From assembly GCA_904063045.1 (NCBI GenBank), contig CAJFCJ010000015.1:1309034-1373033 (forward strand): a stretch of DNA of 64,000 nucleotides, read 5' to 3'. The stretch comes from Dimorphilus gyrociliatus. Taxonomy: Eukaryota > Animalia > Annelida. The notes beneath the pieces are model-generated. The model had not been told where the DNA came from. It searched no databases and was given only the letters and a program-made list of their open reading frames with translations. The position numbers were made by a program, and so were the translations under genes. Shown piece after piece: positions 26,201 to 41,200 of this stretch (the stretch's first letter is position 1; the number at the start of each line of letters is the position of its first letter).

Positions 26201-29200
26201 AAGCCACTCCCGAAGATGCTGAAATTTTAAGGGAAAAGTTACATAAATTAAAAAATACTTACACAGAAGTAAATAACACGGTAGAGGCAAGGGAGGATTT
26301 GCTTTTACAATGGCAAGCTTGGACAGAAGCTCACAGGGAAATGCAGGCTCGCACACAAGCAATTACAGAAAAGTTGGACAATGAGGATATGAGTCAAACA
26401 CAGTTAGACCGAGCTGCTACAAATTTAGATACCATTAGAGGGGAATTGCAACAATGGGAAACGTTAAGACCCAATGTTGAAGAGCTTGAAAATATTTCTG
26501 GAATAGTAATAAAAGAAGGATCTTCTCGTAGAACTCTATCGATGCAAACTATGCTAGATGAAGCTCGTGTCAGTGCTGTTAGAGCTTCTAAGCTGCTTGA
26601 TGATAAGCAAAAAAGAATGAATGAAATAGCAACACTGTGGCAAGAATTTGATCAGTTGCGTAAACACCTTGTTAATGTTGCTGAGACTGTGGAAAACACG
26701 TCAAATGGAATTCATGTAAAGCAGTCTGACCAGGAAGGAGTTAGACAAATACAAAATGAATTAGAAGATTTGAACAACAGGTTACATGATCATGACCAAG
26801 ACTATCAACATTTACGAAATATGGTTAGGAGAATAGCCCGAGAAGACATTGAACATGCTACAAGGGCTAATGAAGAATTAGAAAATATTCAGACTGCGTG
26901 GGATGCTGCAAATAAGGCAGTTGTTCAGAAACGATTTGAGGTTGATGATATTTTGAAACACTGGAAACAATATAATGAAGCCAAGAGTGCCTTAGGGGAA
27001 ACATTACTCGACATTGAACCTTTTATACAAGAACCGATATATTGTGTAAGCGCTGATGAAGTAAAGAGCAAGCTGGAAAGAATGCAAATGTCGGAGAGGG
27101 ATTTACGCACTGCCTGTGCCCAGTTGGAAAATGTCGTTACTCGTGGGAACAGTATTATAAATTCAGTTTCTCTGTTGCCCCTATTTGATTCAACCTTACT
27201 TAGGGATGAAGTGAGCGGGGCATCTGAAAATTTTGATTCTTTAAACAAAGATTTAGTTAATAGAAAACAAATTTTAGAAAAACAATTAGCCTTGTGGAGC
27301 AGTATTACCAGTGAAGCTGATGAAGTAAAAGTATGGTTGAATGGAATGACCGAAAAATTTAACAATCTACAGGAAAGGATGCCAGAACCCAGCTCTGCTA
27401 ATGCTTCTCTCTCAAAATACGAACACGAAAGAGGACATTATGAACATTTGTTGGATGACTTAAGTCTAAAATTAAACCAGCTACAACAATTAAATGAAAA
27501 TATGAGTATTCCATCTATTCAAGTACTCATTCAGACTTTGGAAGGACAAATTGTTGAACTTGGTCAAATACATGAAAATCTGAGAGCTACCGTTGAGAAT
27601 TTAAACAGCGAAACAAGTGCTCTAGAAGACGAAGTTGATACTTATAGTAATTGGGTTGAAGACGTAAGGGAAAAGCTGACACAGTTAGATGATATTCAAG
27701 AAGACGGTGATCAACTAGTTAAGAAGGTTAGAGAAGCTAAGACACTACAAGGAGAGCTTAATAATCAGGAAAAAAAGTTAGGAGAACTACACTCGAAACA
27801 AAGCGAATTGGCTAAACGCTTTGAAACAAATTCACCAATTACTATAGCCTCAGCCGATGTAACTGTTGTCAAGAAAAAGCATTCTGCAGCATTAGCCAGA
27901 GCAACTGTTTTGGAGAAAAATTTGAAACGGGTCTTAGAAGAGAGAGCTATTGAAGCAAAACGAGATCAACAAGTTTGGATGTGCAATGCTTCAGATAAAG
28001 TTAATTGGTGTCTAGATAGTGCAGGAGATAGATTTAGTGTCGAAGCAAAATTAGCAACAATCAACGAACTTTTTAAAACTTTACCAGATGGAAAAGACAA
28101 AACTGACAATGCTTTAAAAAATCTACGCCATTTAGAAGCAATCCATGACAGGCCAGAGAATATTCAAGGAGAGGCCACAAAAATAAAGGAAGAATGGCAA
28201 AGATATGTAACAAATGTCGAAAGAGCCAAACTAGATCTAGACAGCCTCATAGGAAAATGGAGAGATTATGAAGAAACTCACGAGACTTTGAACAGTTGGC
28301 TTAAATCTGTGGATGTTTCTGTACGTAAAGAAACGGCTTTGATGTTACCTTCCTTAATAACGAAACAGGGCCATGTGGAAACGCTTCAAGATATTGAACA
28401 AGAAATATTAAAAAAGGAACCATCAGTTGACCAGCTTAAAATTCTAGCGAAAGAGTTGTCTGAAAAAGGTGGAGATGACGTTAGAGTTATGTCATATGCT
28501 AATCAAATTGCTACAAAATTTGAATCGCTTTCTCAAAGTATAAACTCGTCCCTTGAAAAAAGTATAGAAAATAAGAAAAGTCACGAAGCTTATTCTAATT
28601 GTTTGCAAGATGCGAAAGATTGGTTAGATTCGACGAAAGATAAACTTAACAGAATTTCAAATCGACCATGTACTGATCAGAATGCTGCGGCAGTGGAACA
28701 AGAAAGCCTACAACAATTGTCTCTATCAGCAGAAAATGGAGAAAGGAAAATAAAAGATGCCATCAACTTAGGAGAAAATGTTTTACCTAACACTGCTGCT
28801 AATGGAAGAGATTCGATACGAAGAGAGTTAAGAGAATTGAAGGATGAATGGAATAAACTACAAGAAGATATGAATAAAAGCGAAAAAAAGACAGAAAGTG
28901 TAGTTGATTGCTGGAAAATATTTGAAGCCGACCATAATCAATTAGTGGCGTGGTTGGCAGAGGTCGAGCAGGATGTTTATCAAAAGACTCCTATTGAATA
29001 CTGCTCTTCTCTATCAGAAAAACGAGGCTTTTATGAACGACTAAATCATATATCTGATGATATTGATGCGCACAGTCGGCTTATTGATTCTTTAGAAGAG
29101 AAGCGCTTGTCTTTGTCTAGTTATCAAGCTAACTCCAAGGCTGCTGCAGCAAAACAACGATATGAAAGACTAGTTAGCAGCGTCTCAGATAAAAAGCAAG

Positions 29201-32200
29201 AAATAGAAAAATGCGTAAAAGAAAATGAAAAATTTGTAGAAAACACAAAAAAATTGAAAGAGTGGATCAAGGCTCTTTCAGAAAAAACTTCATCCTGCTT
29301 GAAAACATGTAACGATAAATTTGCTGTTAAAAACAACTTAGAAAAACTACTTTCGGTTGAAAGTGAAAAAGCCGATGGAGAGATCCGTTTAAAGGAATTA
29401 AGTAAAGCTTGCGAAAATGTTGTTAGTCATACAGCTATTGCAGGCCATCAACAATTGCGAAACGAATTGGACGCAGTTCAATTTGAATGGGACCGGCTAA
29501 ACCAAAAATATCATGAAATTAAATCGACTTTAGATATTTGCCTAAAAGCTTGGACTGATTTTGACTCGGAACACGATAGTTTACTTCGTTGGATAAAAGT
29601 TGCAGAGGCTGAAGTGAGAGAAAGGCCTCTACGAGCAACACTTTCTGATAAAAAGGAACGAGTCTTAGAGCTCAAGGTTTGTTATGCCTTATGTATTTTT
29701 CGAATTACAACACTCGTCTTAATGATAATGTTCACAATGTCTCTATAACAAAGATTAAGTTTAACGATTTAAGTTTCATAATTTAAATCTATCAAATAAC
29801 GTAGGTTCTTGAAAGGGAAATCCACGACAGGAGTAAAAAAGTTGAAGGATTAAAAACTTATATAGACGCTGTTGTTGCTCTAAAAGCAAGTAGTTCGTCA
29901 CTAGATTCAACAAGTAATAGGTTGCAGCAGTTGGTGCAAATTCGGGTTGGTTATAAGATATTTCAGCATAAATTGCTTTTTGATCACATCAGTCCGATTC
30001 GTATGATTAATGAATAAATTTAGATATAATTGCCATCAATCAAATCACCATGCATTTTCACAAGCAAACACGTTAATTTTTCAGGCAAAACAGGCTGAAT
30101 TAGCTGCTAAACAACCTGAACTAGATGCTCTTGCAGCTCGTCTACATGCCATTGAACTTGGAGATAGAGTTATGTTGAATTCTCTTCAATCTCTAGACTC
30201 AAACATGAAAAATCTTAAGGCAAAAGTTTTCGACAATTTAGAACAAGCAGAATTGAATTTACAAGAACATGAAAACTTTTTGTCTGAGGAACAAGGCATA
30301 TCAAAGTGGCTGAATGAACTCGAAAAACAAGCTTCAAAATGCAAGCAAAGTGCTACCTCTTCATCTGACACAGTATCACTTGATGAACAAGAGTCAAGAC
30401 TTATTGAAGTTGTATTTGAAAGGGATAGTAAATCTGAAAAATTGCAAAATGTTTTAAGAGATGGAGAGCGTTTATATACATCAACATCTCCTGAAGGAAG
30501 AGAACTTATTCGTCAGCAGCTTCGTAACGTTAATGATCAATGGGAAAATATTAATTCAACTTTAACAGATGTTCAACGGAGGCTGGATGGTGCAAGAGTT
30601 CAAGTTACGTCTTATGATGAATCAGCCTCTCAAAGTGCTCAATGGCTTCAAGAATCAGAGGCTGCTATTCGCAAAATAATACAGGAGAAGTATACTACTC
30701 TAGACGAGAAAAAAGAATCTCTTTCAAATTATCGTTCCCGTTTTGCTGATATTGTAGCAAGGCAGCATGTATTTGATTCATTAGCTGAGAAGGCAGAATC
30801 TATCGCTGGCCCGCAATCTAAAGCAGTTAAGCAAGTTCACAGTCTTAAAAAACAATACGATCATTTATTGAATTTAAATGACAAGACATTAAATGGTCTG
30901 GCTGATGTTGTGTCATTACATGAAGAATATGAAGAAAAACACAGAGGGGGAAATGAATGGCTTAAAAATTGCTTCGATAAAATAGGCTCTTGTAAAGATG
31001 TTTCTGGTGACAAGTTTGCTGTTCAGCATAAAATAGAGAAAATAAAGGAAATAGATGAACGTAAACACGAAGGAAGTACATTGGTTCAAGCAGCTATAAC
31101 CGCTTCAAAGGCAGTGTTAGACACCACGACTGTCAATGGTCAAGATATAATAATGCGAGAAGTTAATGATATGAAGCATAGCTGGGAAGACTTGAATGAT
31201 ACAATTGAACTAATATCGGACAAGCTACATCGAGCTTTAGCAAATTGGCAAGTTTATGATGAAACTTATCAGATTCTCATGGATTGGTTAAGATCATGTG
31301 AAAATCAAATTAAAAACCAACAATTAGGTTCAACTTTGGAAGAAAAGGAAAAGCAACTTGAAGCTTATAAAAATATTCATCAAGACTTGCTGTCACGTAG
31401 AAGTGAAATGGATGAAATTATAGCTAGCAGTGAAAGGCTAAAGGGTGTTTCAGGAGAAAGTAGAATTTTACAGTCAACTTCCATCTTAAGAAATAAATAT
31501 GATAACTTACGTGATGAAGTTGAAGACATTTGTGAGAAATATAAGAAAATTGTATCTGATCACTCTTCGTACAGGGAAAAATATTTTAATTTAACAGACT
31601 GGTTAAAAACGTCCAAGGCCAAGCTAGATAAAGCTAAATCTCAGGGCGAAACAGATGATGTCAAACTAAGATCACAGAATTTGGATCTACTTTTGAAGGA
31701 GAGTGAGGTTACAGGTCAAAGTTTACTTCAAAATGCCCTTTCTGCTGGAGAGCTCTTATATTCAGATACATCTCATGAAGGTCGAAATAAGATACGCCAA
31801 CAATTACGTACTGCCCAAGAAACTTGGGATGCCTATCGGTCTGAGTTAATCTCTTCGCAAAGATCTCTAACAGCCGTCCAACAAGAATTAAAAGAATTAC
31901 GAGATTTACAAAAAGAACTTGATGTATGGTTTGCAGAAGTATACAAAGCTTTAGACGGATTTAAAAAAGGTGCTACTTTACCTGAAAAAAAGCAAATTGT
32001 GGATGATTACAAAATAGTTATGCATGACGTTGATAGCCATGGCAAAGCTCTTATGAAGATTATGGAAAAAAGTAGATCTTCAGCAGTTTCGTCCCATGAC
32101 TATGAATTAACAAATTTTGTCAAGTTAGCAACGGAAAGATACGAAAACCTTCTTATTAAAGCAAGATCAGCAGTAGAACTGGCAGGGAAAGCCGTTGAAG

Positions 32201-35200
32201 ATCATATAAAGTTTGAAGAAGCTAAGCAAACTGTTGAAGAGTGGCTGAAAGCTGCAAATGAAACACTGCAATCTTGTGAACACTTTTCGACTGATAAATT
32301 GAGTATAATCGGAAAGCTGGAAAAAGTTAATAACTTATTTAATTCCAAACACGAAGGGGAAAATCAGATTCACGCTTTGAAAAATATGTTGCAAACAGTT
32401 CAGAGTTCAACTGATCAATCAGGCAAGTCTATATTTAAAGAGGAGGTAGAAACCGTTGAAAATTCTTGGATACAATTTTTGTGTCATCTTGAGGATATAT
32501 TAAACAAACTCAAAGAACATAAAGAAGATTGGGATAAATTTTCTTTTATTAATGAACAATTAGAAAAAGAACTTAGAGATATTGAAAGACAAATCAGAGA
32601 TATTTCTGTCAGCAACACTTTGGAAGAAAAAATCAAATTGAAAAACACTATATCGGTAATATAAAATAAGTACAAAAAACCTATTAGTATATTAAAACTC
32701 TTTTCCATATTTAAAGGACCTTTTAGCACAAACCAAACGGCTACAGCCATCAGTGGATGAGGTGAAGCAACGTGCTAGGACTTTATCGGAAGGGTCTCTC
32801 AGTACGACTGATGCTAGAATAACTACCAGCATTGAGCAATTAGGAGATAGGTATACAAACCTTAAAGCTAGAATTGAAGATGAAGTGAAAAGATCTCATG
32901 AAAATGTCATTGATCATGAACTATTCGAAGTTAAAATGTCTGACTTTGAGAAATGGATAAAGGAAATAAAGACAAAGTTGATAAGGCCCGTTTCTGCTGG
33001 TTCTTCTCATCGTTATGATTTAGCTGCGAGGCAGAATATGCTTAAGGACTTAGTATCTCAAATACAAAGTGGTTCAAGCCGTATGGCTGATGTTATTGAA
33101 GCTGGAGAAAAGTTATATCCACATACAGCACCTGAGGGAAGAGAATCGATTAGACAAAAAATACGCGCTTTACGAAGTTCGTATGAGGATGTGTATGATG
33201 AAATTCATAAACAACAACGTTCTCTCGAAGCATCTTTTATTCAATGGACCTCACTAGAGGAAAGTATTGAAAAAATAACTTCCACCCTCAAGAAGATTGA
33301 ACAACAAATGGGCGAGGAGTCCCCTCTCTTTGCAACTCTACATGAAAAGAGAAGTGAGTTAGTAAATTTAAGAAGTACAAATCATGACCTGACTTCGTTG
33401 ATGCGAGTTTTGGATACATTAGAAGAAAAAGCTCAATCTCTACTAGAAACAGATCCCACGCCCGCAGAAAATATAGCCCAACTGCGGAACAAGCATGAAA
33501 GACTTTCTTCTGTTGTGAAGGAAAGACTTAATTTATGTGAAAATTACGTTGAAGACGACGAAAAATTTCAAAACGCATTAGCTGAAGCTAATCAATGGTT
33601 AGCCTCACTAAGGCAAAGATTAACACTTTGTTCAAATCCAACTGGTGATTCTCACGTCATAAAGAATAAATTGGATAGATTGCAGGTAATTTGTTTCATG
33701 AATTTCGAATGAGTATTGTTTTAATTTTCAAAATTTAAAACATGTCAATCCAGGCTCGTTTTGTAAGTCATAAAACTAATTTTGTGTGTGTTTTTAACTC
33801 TCTGTTAGTTAGAAATTAAGCTGTCACAAAAAATATTCTGATTTCTCCTTTCAATATCTATATTCTTAAACTACATATCGATTTTCTTACTTACTTATTG
33901 TTTATTAATAGGAAACTGAAACTTTCAAGGACGAGGGTCTGAAACGAGTTAACAATATTTCTCTCGTTGCTGAAAGAGTCATTGCTGGATCGACTGCAAG
34001 TGGTATTAGTGCAATTAGGCAGCAAGTATCAGCATTAAAGAATGAGTGGGATTCCATACAGTCAGATATTGTAAAAGCTAAATCCGAATTAGAACGCTGT
34101 CTTCAACATTGGACTGTTTATGAACAAATTCGAGATGACTGTAGTCAAACCCTCAGGAAAACGGAAAATCAGTTGTCTCAAAGTATGGACCTCGCAGATA
34201 AACGTATCGAAAAAGAGGAAATAAGTGAAAAATTACGAAATCTACAACAAGATTTAAGGTCAAAGCAAATGGATATGGATAAGCTAAGTGATCAAGCTCA
34301 AATTATAGCTCGACAATGTCAAGAAAAATCTGTTACAAATTCTACTTCTCGAACAATGTCAGCTTATCAAACTTTATGCCAAAAAGTAAATGAGTCCTGT
34401 GCAAGGTGGAAGCAGTATGCAAAAGACCATTGCGATCTAGATGAGAAGATAACAGAGTTTTCATCTTGGTTATCAGAAATTGACGAACAGCTCAGAGATT
34501 GCTCATCTCCGACTGCTGATAAATACTCTGTTCAGAGAAAATTAGATAAATTAGGTCAATTAGTTGCTCTTAAAACTGAGGGATCAACTCTTATTGGTTC
34601 ACTACACGATACTGCTCATTCAGTTTTACCAAATACTTCTGGGACAGGTAAAGAGGAAATTCGTGCCTCCGTTCAAAAATTACAGAAATCTTGGGATATA
34701 ATATTAAATACTTTAAATGAAACAAGAACTCGAATGGAAAATGCATCTTCATTTTGGCTGCTTTATGATGAATCCGCATCGACTGTTAGAAGATATTTAA
34801 GGGAAACAGATAATAGCTTTAAGCAACTTATGTCTCACCTACCCTCAAATTTACACGAAAAGAGAGCTTTAGTTGATCGTGTTAGACTTGCTCAGGCCAA
34901 TGCCATAGCTCAGCAAAGTAATGTAGATACATTAATCTCAAGGGGTCGTCTCGTGTCAGAATGTGTTCAAGATGACACAATTTTAAATGAAGCTGAAAAA
35001 TTGGCTAAAGAATATGATATGATTTTAGATACCTTGAGGGAATACTCTTCAAAGTCTGAAAGGTTTGTTAACGATCATGAGAAATTTGAACAATCACTAA
35101 CAGACGCTCATTCCTGGATTCAATCCACCTCTCAACAACTATCAGAATGTCGGGACTTGTGCACTGATAGATTAACTCTGCATACAAGATTTAATAAAGC

Positions 35201-38200
35201 CAAGGAATTAACTCAAATGAAGAGCATAGGACATGAAAAAGTAACTAAAGTTGAGGACACGGCAGCTGCTGTTCTCCAAAATACATCTCAATCTGGAAAG
35301 GATGCAGTAGAACAGCAATTAACAGAGCTTAAAAATTTACTCAATAGGTTGGATAAAGACGTAGAAGAAACTGCAATAAAAACAGAGCAAGCAGCAAATA
35401 GTTGGACAGAGGTTAGTGACGACCTAGAAAATATGTCCACTTGGTTGAACGAAGCCGATACTAAATTAAAAAGCGAACAGCAAAGCAAAACAACATTGAA
35501 CGAAAAATCTTCTTCAGTTAACCGCCTCAGTGATCTACTAGCAGATGTAGAAGGCAAACAAGTCAATATTGAACAAATTTCAGAGAAAGCACACTCAGAA
35601 CTAGCTGGAGATACAAAGCTAACTTCGAAAGTTTCACACTTAGCTGCAAGACATTCTATTTTACAAACGCATGTGACAGATGCATTGAAGCGATCCCAAC
35701 AGCATGTTTCTGATCACGAACAGTTTGAGAAAGCTCTTAAGGAGGCTCAAGCAAGTCTTTCACATGTTGAAAATAAACTAGACTCAATAGAGAAGAATTT
35801 AGAAACAGACGATAGGGCTTTCATAGCTGCTCAGTTGGATCGTTTAACACATTTGCAAAATAATGAACGAGATGTCTCAGGAAAGATACGTTGCGTTCAT
35901 ACTTGGGCAGACAAAACTATGGCAACTACAGCGCCTCATGGTAAGTTTAAAAAAAGTCCAATTTTGATATATTAATTTTATCTTTAAATAGGGCGTGAGG
36001 ATATCAGATCAAAAATTGACCTACTGCAAAAAAATTGGGATGTTGTAACTGAGAGGTTATCAGACATTAGGGTTTCTTTAGATAATCGACATTCTCAATG
36101 GACAAGCTATGAAGACTCAAAAGCAGCTATAATAAAATGGATAAAAGAGACTGAGCGTCGGCTTCTTCAAATAGGGGATGATACAAAGCCAGAAGTTGGA
36201 GAAAAGAAGAGCCATATTCATTCCATTAAGGTAAACACAAATATTTGATATTCAACTTCTATGTATTTCTTTAACAGTCTGTTCAACATGATATAACGGC
36301 TTATAGTCCAGTCTTAGAGTCTTTTTCTCAAAAATGCTCAAATTTATCAAAAATTGAAACAACCTTAGATCCTCAATCAGACTATGAATCTCTAAAAGAT
36401 CGTGTTACGGTAAGTCAACATAAATAGTAGTATAAACCTTGGATTTTTTAAATAACGGAGATATTTCGTTTTCGCACAACCAGAATATTTTAAATCGACT
36501 CGAGAATGAACTTCAAGATCATGAGGCATTTGAAGAATGCTCCGCTCGTTATAGATTATGGATTAGAACTGCCAGAGAGCATTTAGCTGCTTGTGTGGAT
36601 TGTTTCGGAGATCGTGCATCTATATTGTCTAAACAAGAAAAAGTCCGGGTAAATAAAACTTAAAATTCATTACTTTAGATTTGAAATGTCTAAATTTCCA
36701 TCGTTGTTAAAAACAGAGTATTTCTGTCTCTCTTGAAGAAGGAAGGTGTCTATTACTTAAAGCCGATGAGGCATGTAGGAATGTTAAACCTAAAAATTCC
36801 ATAACTGTTAAACACGAAGTTGAGACAATGAAAAGAGAATTTGAAGATCTGGAAGAAAATGTTCGATCAGCAGCAGCAGAACTCGAAGCCTGCTGGAATA
36901 AATGGGAACAATTTGAAAGTTCACACCAATCTCTTTCGGCTTGGTTGTCTGATAAACACAATGAAATGCAAGATTTAGATTCTGCTTCAGGTTCTGACCT
37001 ACAGGAGAAGGAGAAAATATCTGAAGAAAAGTCAAAACTACGAGAGGATGTACTGCATTATCAGTCAGAGCTGGATAAACTTAATTCGGCTGCAGCAAGT
37101 CTTCTTGCTTCTTCATCTGATACAAGAGCTTCACATGTTAGCACTCAATTCACTTCCAGATATCAAAATCTACTTGCAGCTACTACAGAAAGAGCTAGAA
37201 TTTCTCAAATGCAAACTGAAAATCACAGACGCTATGATGAATACTTATCAGAGGCCCGGAACTGGGTTGATAATGGATTAGTAAAATTGGAAAGTGTCAC
37301 GCTTCATGAAAGTCGTCGTAATTTAGAAAATCAGACAGCTATCTTGAGAGAATTAGTAGCGAACATGGAACAAGGAAGCAGAAAATTAAGAAATGCTTTG
37401 GAGCAAGGAGAGAAAATTATGTCTGAAACCAGCGTACCTGGACAGGCTATTATCAAGGAAAAAATCAGTAACTTACAGTCAGATTTCGAAACACTTAGAC
37501 AAAACGTTTCTTCAACCAAATCTGAAATTGAGACCAAAGCCAGCCATTGGATAAGTTTTGAAAAATCTATCGATCAACTTCAAATTTCGTTGCGAGATGC
37601 TCACAAAAGGAGTTCAATGATATCCTTACCAATTGACTTAGATAATATGAAAATAGAATTAGAAAAAGTGAAAACCCTTCAACATGATGTTGATGTCTAT
37701 TCTCGCCAAGCTGAAACCCTTAGAAATAAAATAGATAATCTAGGCAAAGTGCCAGAGGAAATCGAAAGTATGATTGAAGAATTTAACCAAGTTAGGGATG
37801 ATGTTGGGGAGAAACTAACTATCATTACGGAAATGGTAAACATGCATAAAGCTTATAAAAATGAATTCAAAACTATTCTAGAATGGGTAACTAATGTGAA
37901 ACTAGAACTTCAAAGACTCGATACCCCTTCAGCCACGACTCTAGGTGAAATCGAGACACGGCAACAGGAACTGGAAAGCCTCAGAGATAATTTAGAAGAG
38001 GGAGACAAACGTTACACTAAAATTATATCATTGAGTGAGGATGTTTTTGGAAGAACATCAAAAGAAGGACAGAAAAGGTTAACAAATGAACTCAATTCAT
38101 TGAAAGATGAAATAGATTCTCTTCATGTTTTATCTAAGAGAATTGACGAAAATCTAATAACTTGTCGAGGATACTATGAAGCATTTAAGGATGCAAACTT

Positions 38201-41200
38201 AGATTTTGACACTTGGCTTTGCGACTCTGAAGATAAAGTAAAAACTATAGCTCCTTCCTCTCCGAATTTATCCATTGATCAACAAAGAGACTTAGATAGT
38301 GTGCTGGAGGATATTTGCAACCACGAGAATCAATTAGATGATTTACGGGAGAAATGTGAAACTATAATTGCAGAAGGAGCTGATCCCAGTCAATTAAATG
38401 GGGTTCTTCAGCTAGCTGCTCGATATCATTCTTTAAAAACAACTGTTAAGGTATGTACGAATATTTTTATTCTTTCTTTATCATTGCAAATTCAAAGAAC
38501 TACATCATTTAAACAGTGGCTGGTTTATGTAAGTTTGCATGCACAAAAAGTTTTAAGATGTCACTTAAATCACTTTTTTCATTAAAAATCATATATTTTA
38601 GAGGTAAATTTTAACTTTTTTGTAGGATGGTGCCCGAAAGGCTCATGATGCTCTTCGAGACGAAAAGTCTTTTAGAGTAGCCGTGGAAGAATGCAAAGCT
38701 TGGCTCCAATTAGAATTGGACAAAATACGAAAGATACGCAATACAACTGATGGATCTTGGGACGAACTAGACTCCAAGCTTCAAATTACCACCAGAGTAA
38801 TGAGTGAACAAGATGAAGGACTGCGGAAAGTACAATATGTTGTGGAAAATGGTCAAAAGTTATTATCTTACTTGCCAATTGGTCAACAAAAGGCTAGAAT
38901 AGAAAGAGAAATGGCTGATATTTCAGATACTTGGGATGAACTACAAACTGAATTGAAGACAACTACCGAGAATCTAAAGCTAGCTCGATCCAAATGGAGC
39001 ACTTACGACGATGAACATGCTCAACTTTTAGATTGGTTACCTAAAGCTGAAAAGGAAATCGAGCTATTGTCGCAACCCGCAGCAGATTTATCGGAAAAGA
39101 AGACTCAAGTAGAGCGCTCTAAAGTATTTATAAAAGAAATCGAGGATCAAGAAATTCGATTAGCAAAGATAAAAGCTACGACACATTCTCTTAATGAGAA
39201 CGAAAACGTAAGACAAAATGTATTAGATATGGCAGACAAATTACAACGTGTTCGGACACAAGCCTCTTCAATTTCCGAAGGACTACTTAAAGCTTATGAA
39301 ACTCACCTAGAGTACAGAAATGAGTTGAATGACTTTCAACGCTGGTTACTAAATATATCGGGAAGAATTGGGGAAATTAATACTTTAGGCGCTGCAACAT
39401 CCTTACCTAAAGCCGAACAACAGTTAAATAGGCAAGATGTTATTTCCACAGAAATTTCTGCACAAGCTGATACTTTAGATTTCTTACAAGAGAAAGCGAA
39501 CAGTTTATGTGTTATTAGTACAAACCATCCCAATTTTGTCTCGTCCATTAAAACTCAGATAAATGAGATTGAGGAGAGTTTAGAAGCGTTAGATTCAACT
39601 TCTTCTGGATTAAAGGTAATATTGCTCTAATAAAATTATTTTAAGGTTTTGTAATATATTTAATAAAAAATTTTTAGAATCGCCTGAACTCATGTGTCAA
39701 GAAATGGAGAGAACATTCGTCCTTATTGGGAAACTGCAATGATTTTATTGATCAAGAAGTTCTTGTTTGGTGTGAGACTCACTCTGATGCTCTTATAACA
39801 GATGTATCAGTAATTCAAAAAGAGTTAGCTCAAGCTCAGAATTTCTACAGCAAGTTAAGAAATTACAGAGAACAACTAAATAATTTGGTTCGAGCTGCGT
39901 ATACAGCTGCTCCAGCAAATGCCATATTTAGCGAGTCTTCTTTGGAAGAAACTGGTTTAAATCGTAATCTGTTGACAGCTATGACTAAACTCGAAAACGA
40001 AATTGAAAAGCGAAAAGGTATTTTGTTGAAATGGGAAAATGCAGACGAATTCAAGAACAATTTGTTAGAGTGGTTGTCAACAAAACGAAGTGAATTGAAA
40101 GAAATTAGCTCAAAGAAAGCAAAGTTGCATAGGCACGCTGCCCAGCTTGATTTATCAAAACTTCAAGATGTCAGAAGTGAATTAGTCGATCGACGACGAG
40201 CAATAGATGACTTAACAATACAGTATGATCAAATTGAAAGCAATTCATCTGAATCAAATCAAGTGAGAGAAAAATACCATGACTTGATAGAAGATGTCGA
40301 GGCTACATTGAATGCGAGAACGAAACTAATGAATGATACAAGTTCTTATGAGGATCTTCGCAGTGATGTTGCCTGCGCTCTGGACTCAATTGTAACTGAT
40401 ACAGAAAGAATATCAAAACACTCACAACCTCTTAAAAATAGGGTAGAACATCTAGAGGTAAGTAGTTTCCGGCTTGCTCGTATAGTTAATTAGAATATAG
40501 TTGGGTGGTAAAAGATTTTCTTTCTCTATCCTTTTTCTAACAACATTGCAAGAGTATCTGAGAAACTGCACTATTTCAACAGTATGACTGTATGTCTGTT
40601 TTTATAAATCGGGTAAGAATCAAGTAATCCTTTTACCACCCACTTTCTGTATTACTTTATTTTCAAGTTTCTCTGAAATTTTTCTTTTGCCACGTGACTT
40701 TAATAAATTGCGTTTGCGCCTAGAAAGTATTCAAACTCGCATTTTAATAAACAACTCCTTGTGAACATTTTTCCTATTTACGTGCTAAATGATGCTTCGC
40801 CAGTTTTTATCATTTTTATGAAGAATGGAGCGCACAGGCTTTCTCTGACGGTAAGTGTCTTTTTTTTTGACGGTCGTGAATGGTGGATGAAAGTGTACAT
40901 ATCGGATGAGTGTCTAAAACATACACATAATTCTCAGCTTGACTAACTTTTCAAACTCGTTTTTCAACGAATGACGCTAAACACTCTCAGCTTGTTTGTC
41001 TATAGATCATCAAACTTTGGTTATATTTAATTCATTACTAAAATATATAACAATTGATCTGTATTAATTATCTTGAAAAAATGGTAGTGATTGAGATATT
41101 TTATTCAATGAATTTGAGAAAGTGTTAACATGTTTTTTTTACAGCTCTCCAGCAATAATACTCGTCCTCTAAGGCGAATCTTACCTAATGTCAACAACGC

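Noticed and set aside
38595-38625. TTTTAG-AG-GTAAAT as a recursive splice site or 2-nt microexon
   Set aside because: The remaining intron would be only ~22 nt, far below the shortest introns seen here, and a 2-nt exon would break the frame.
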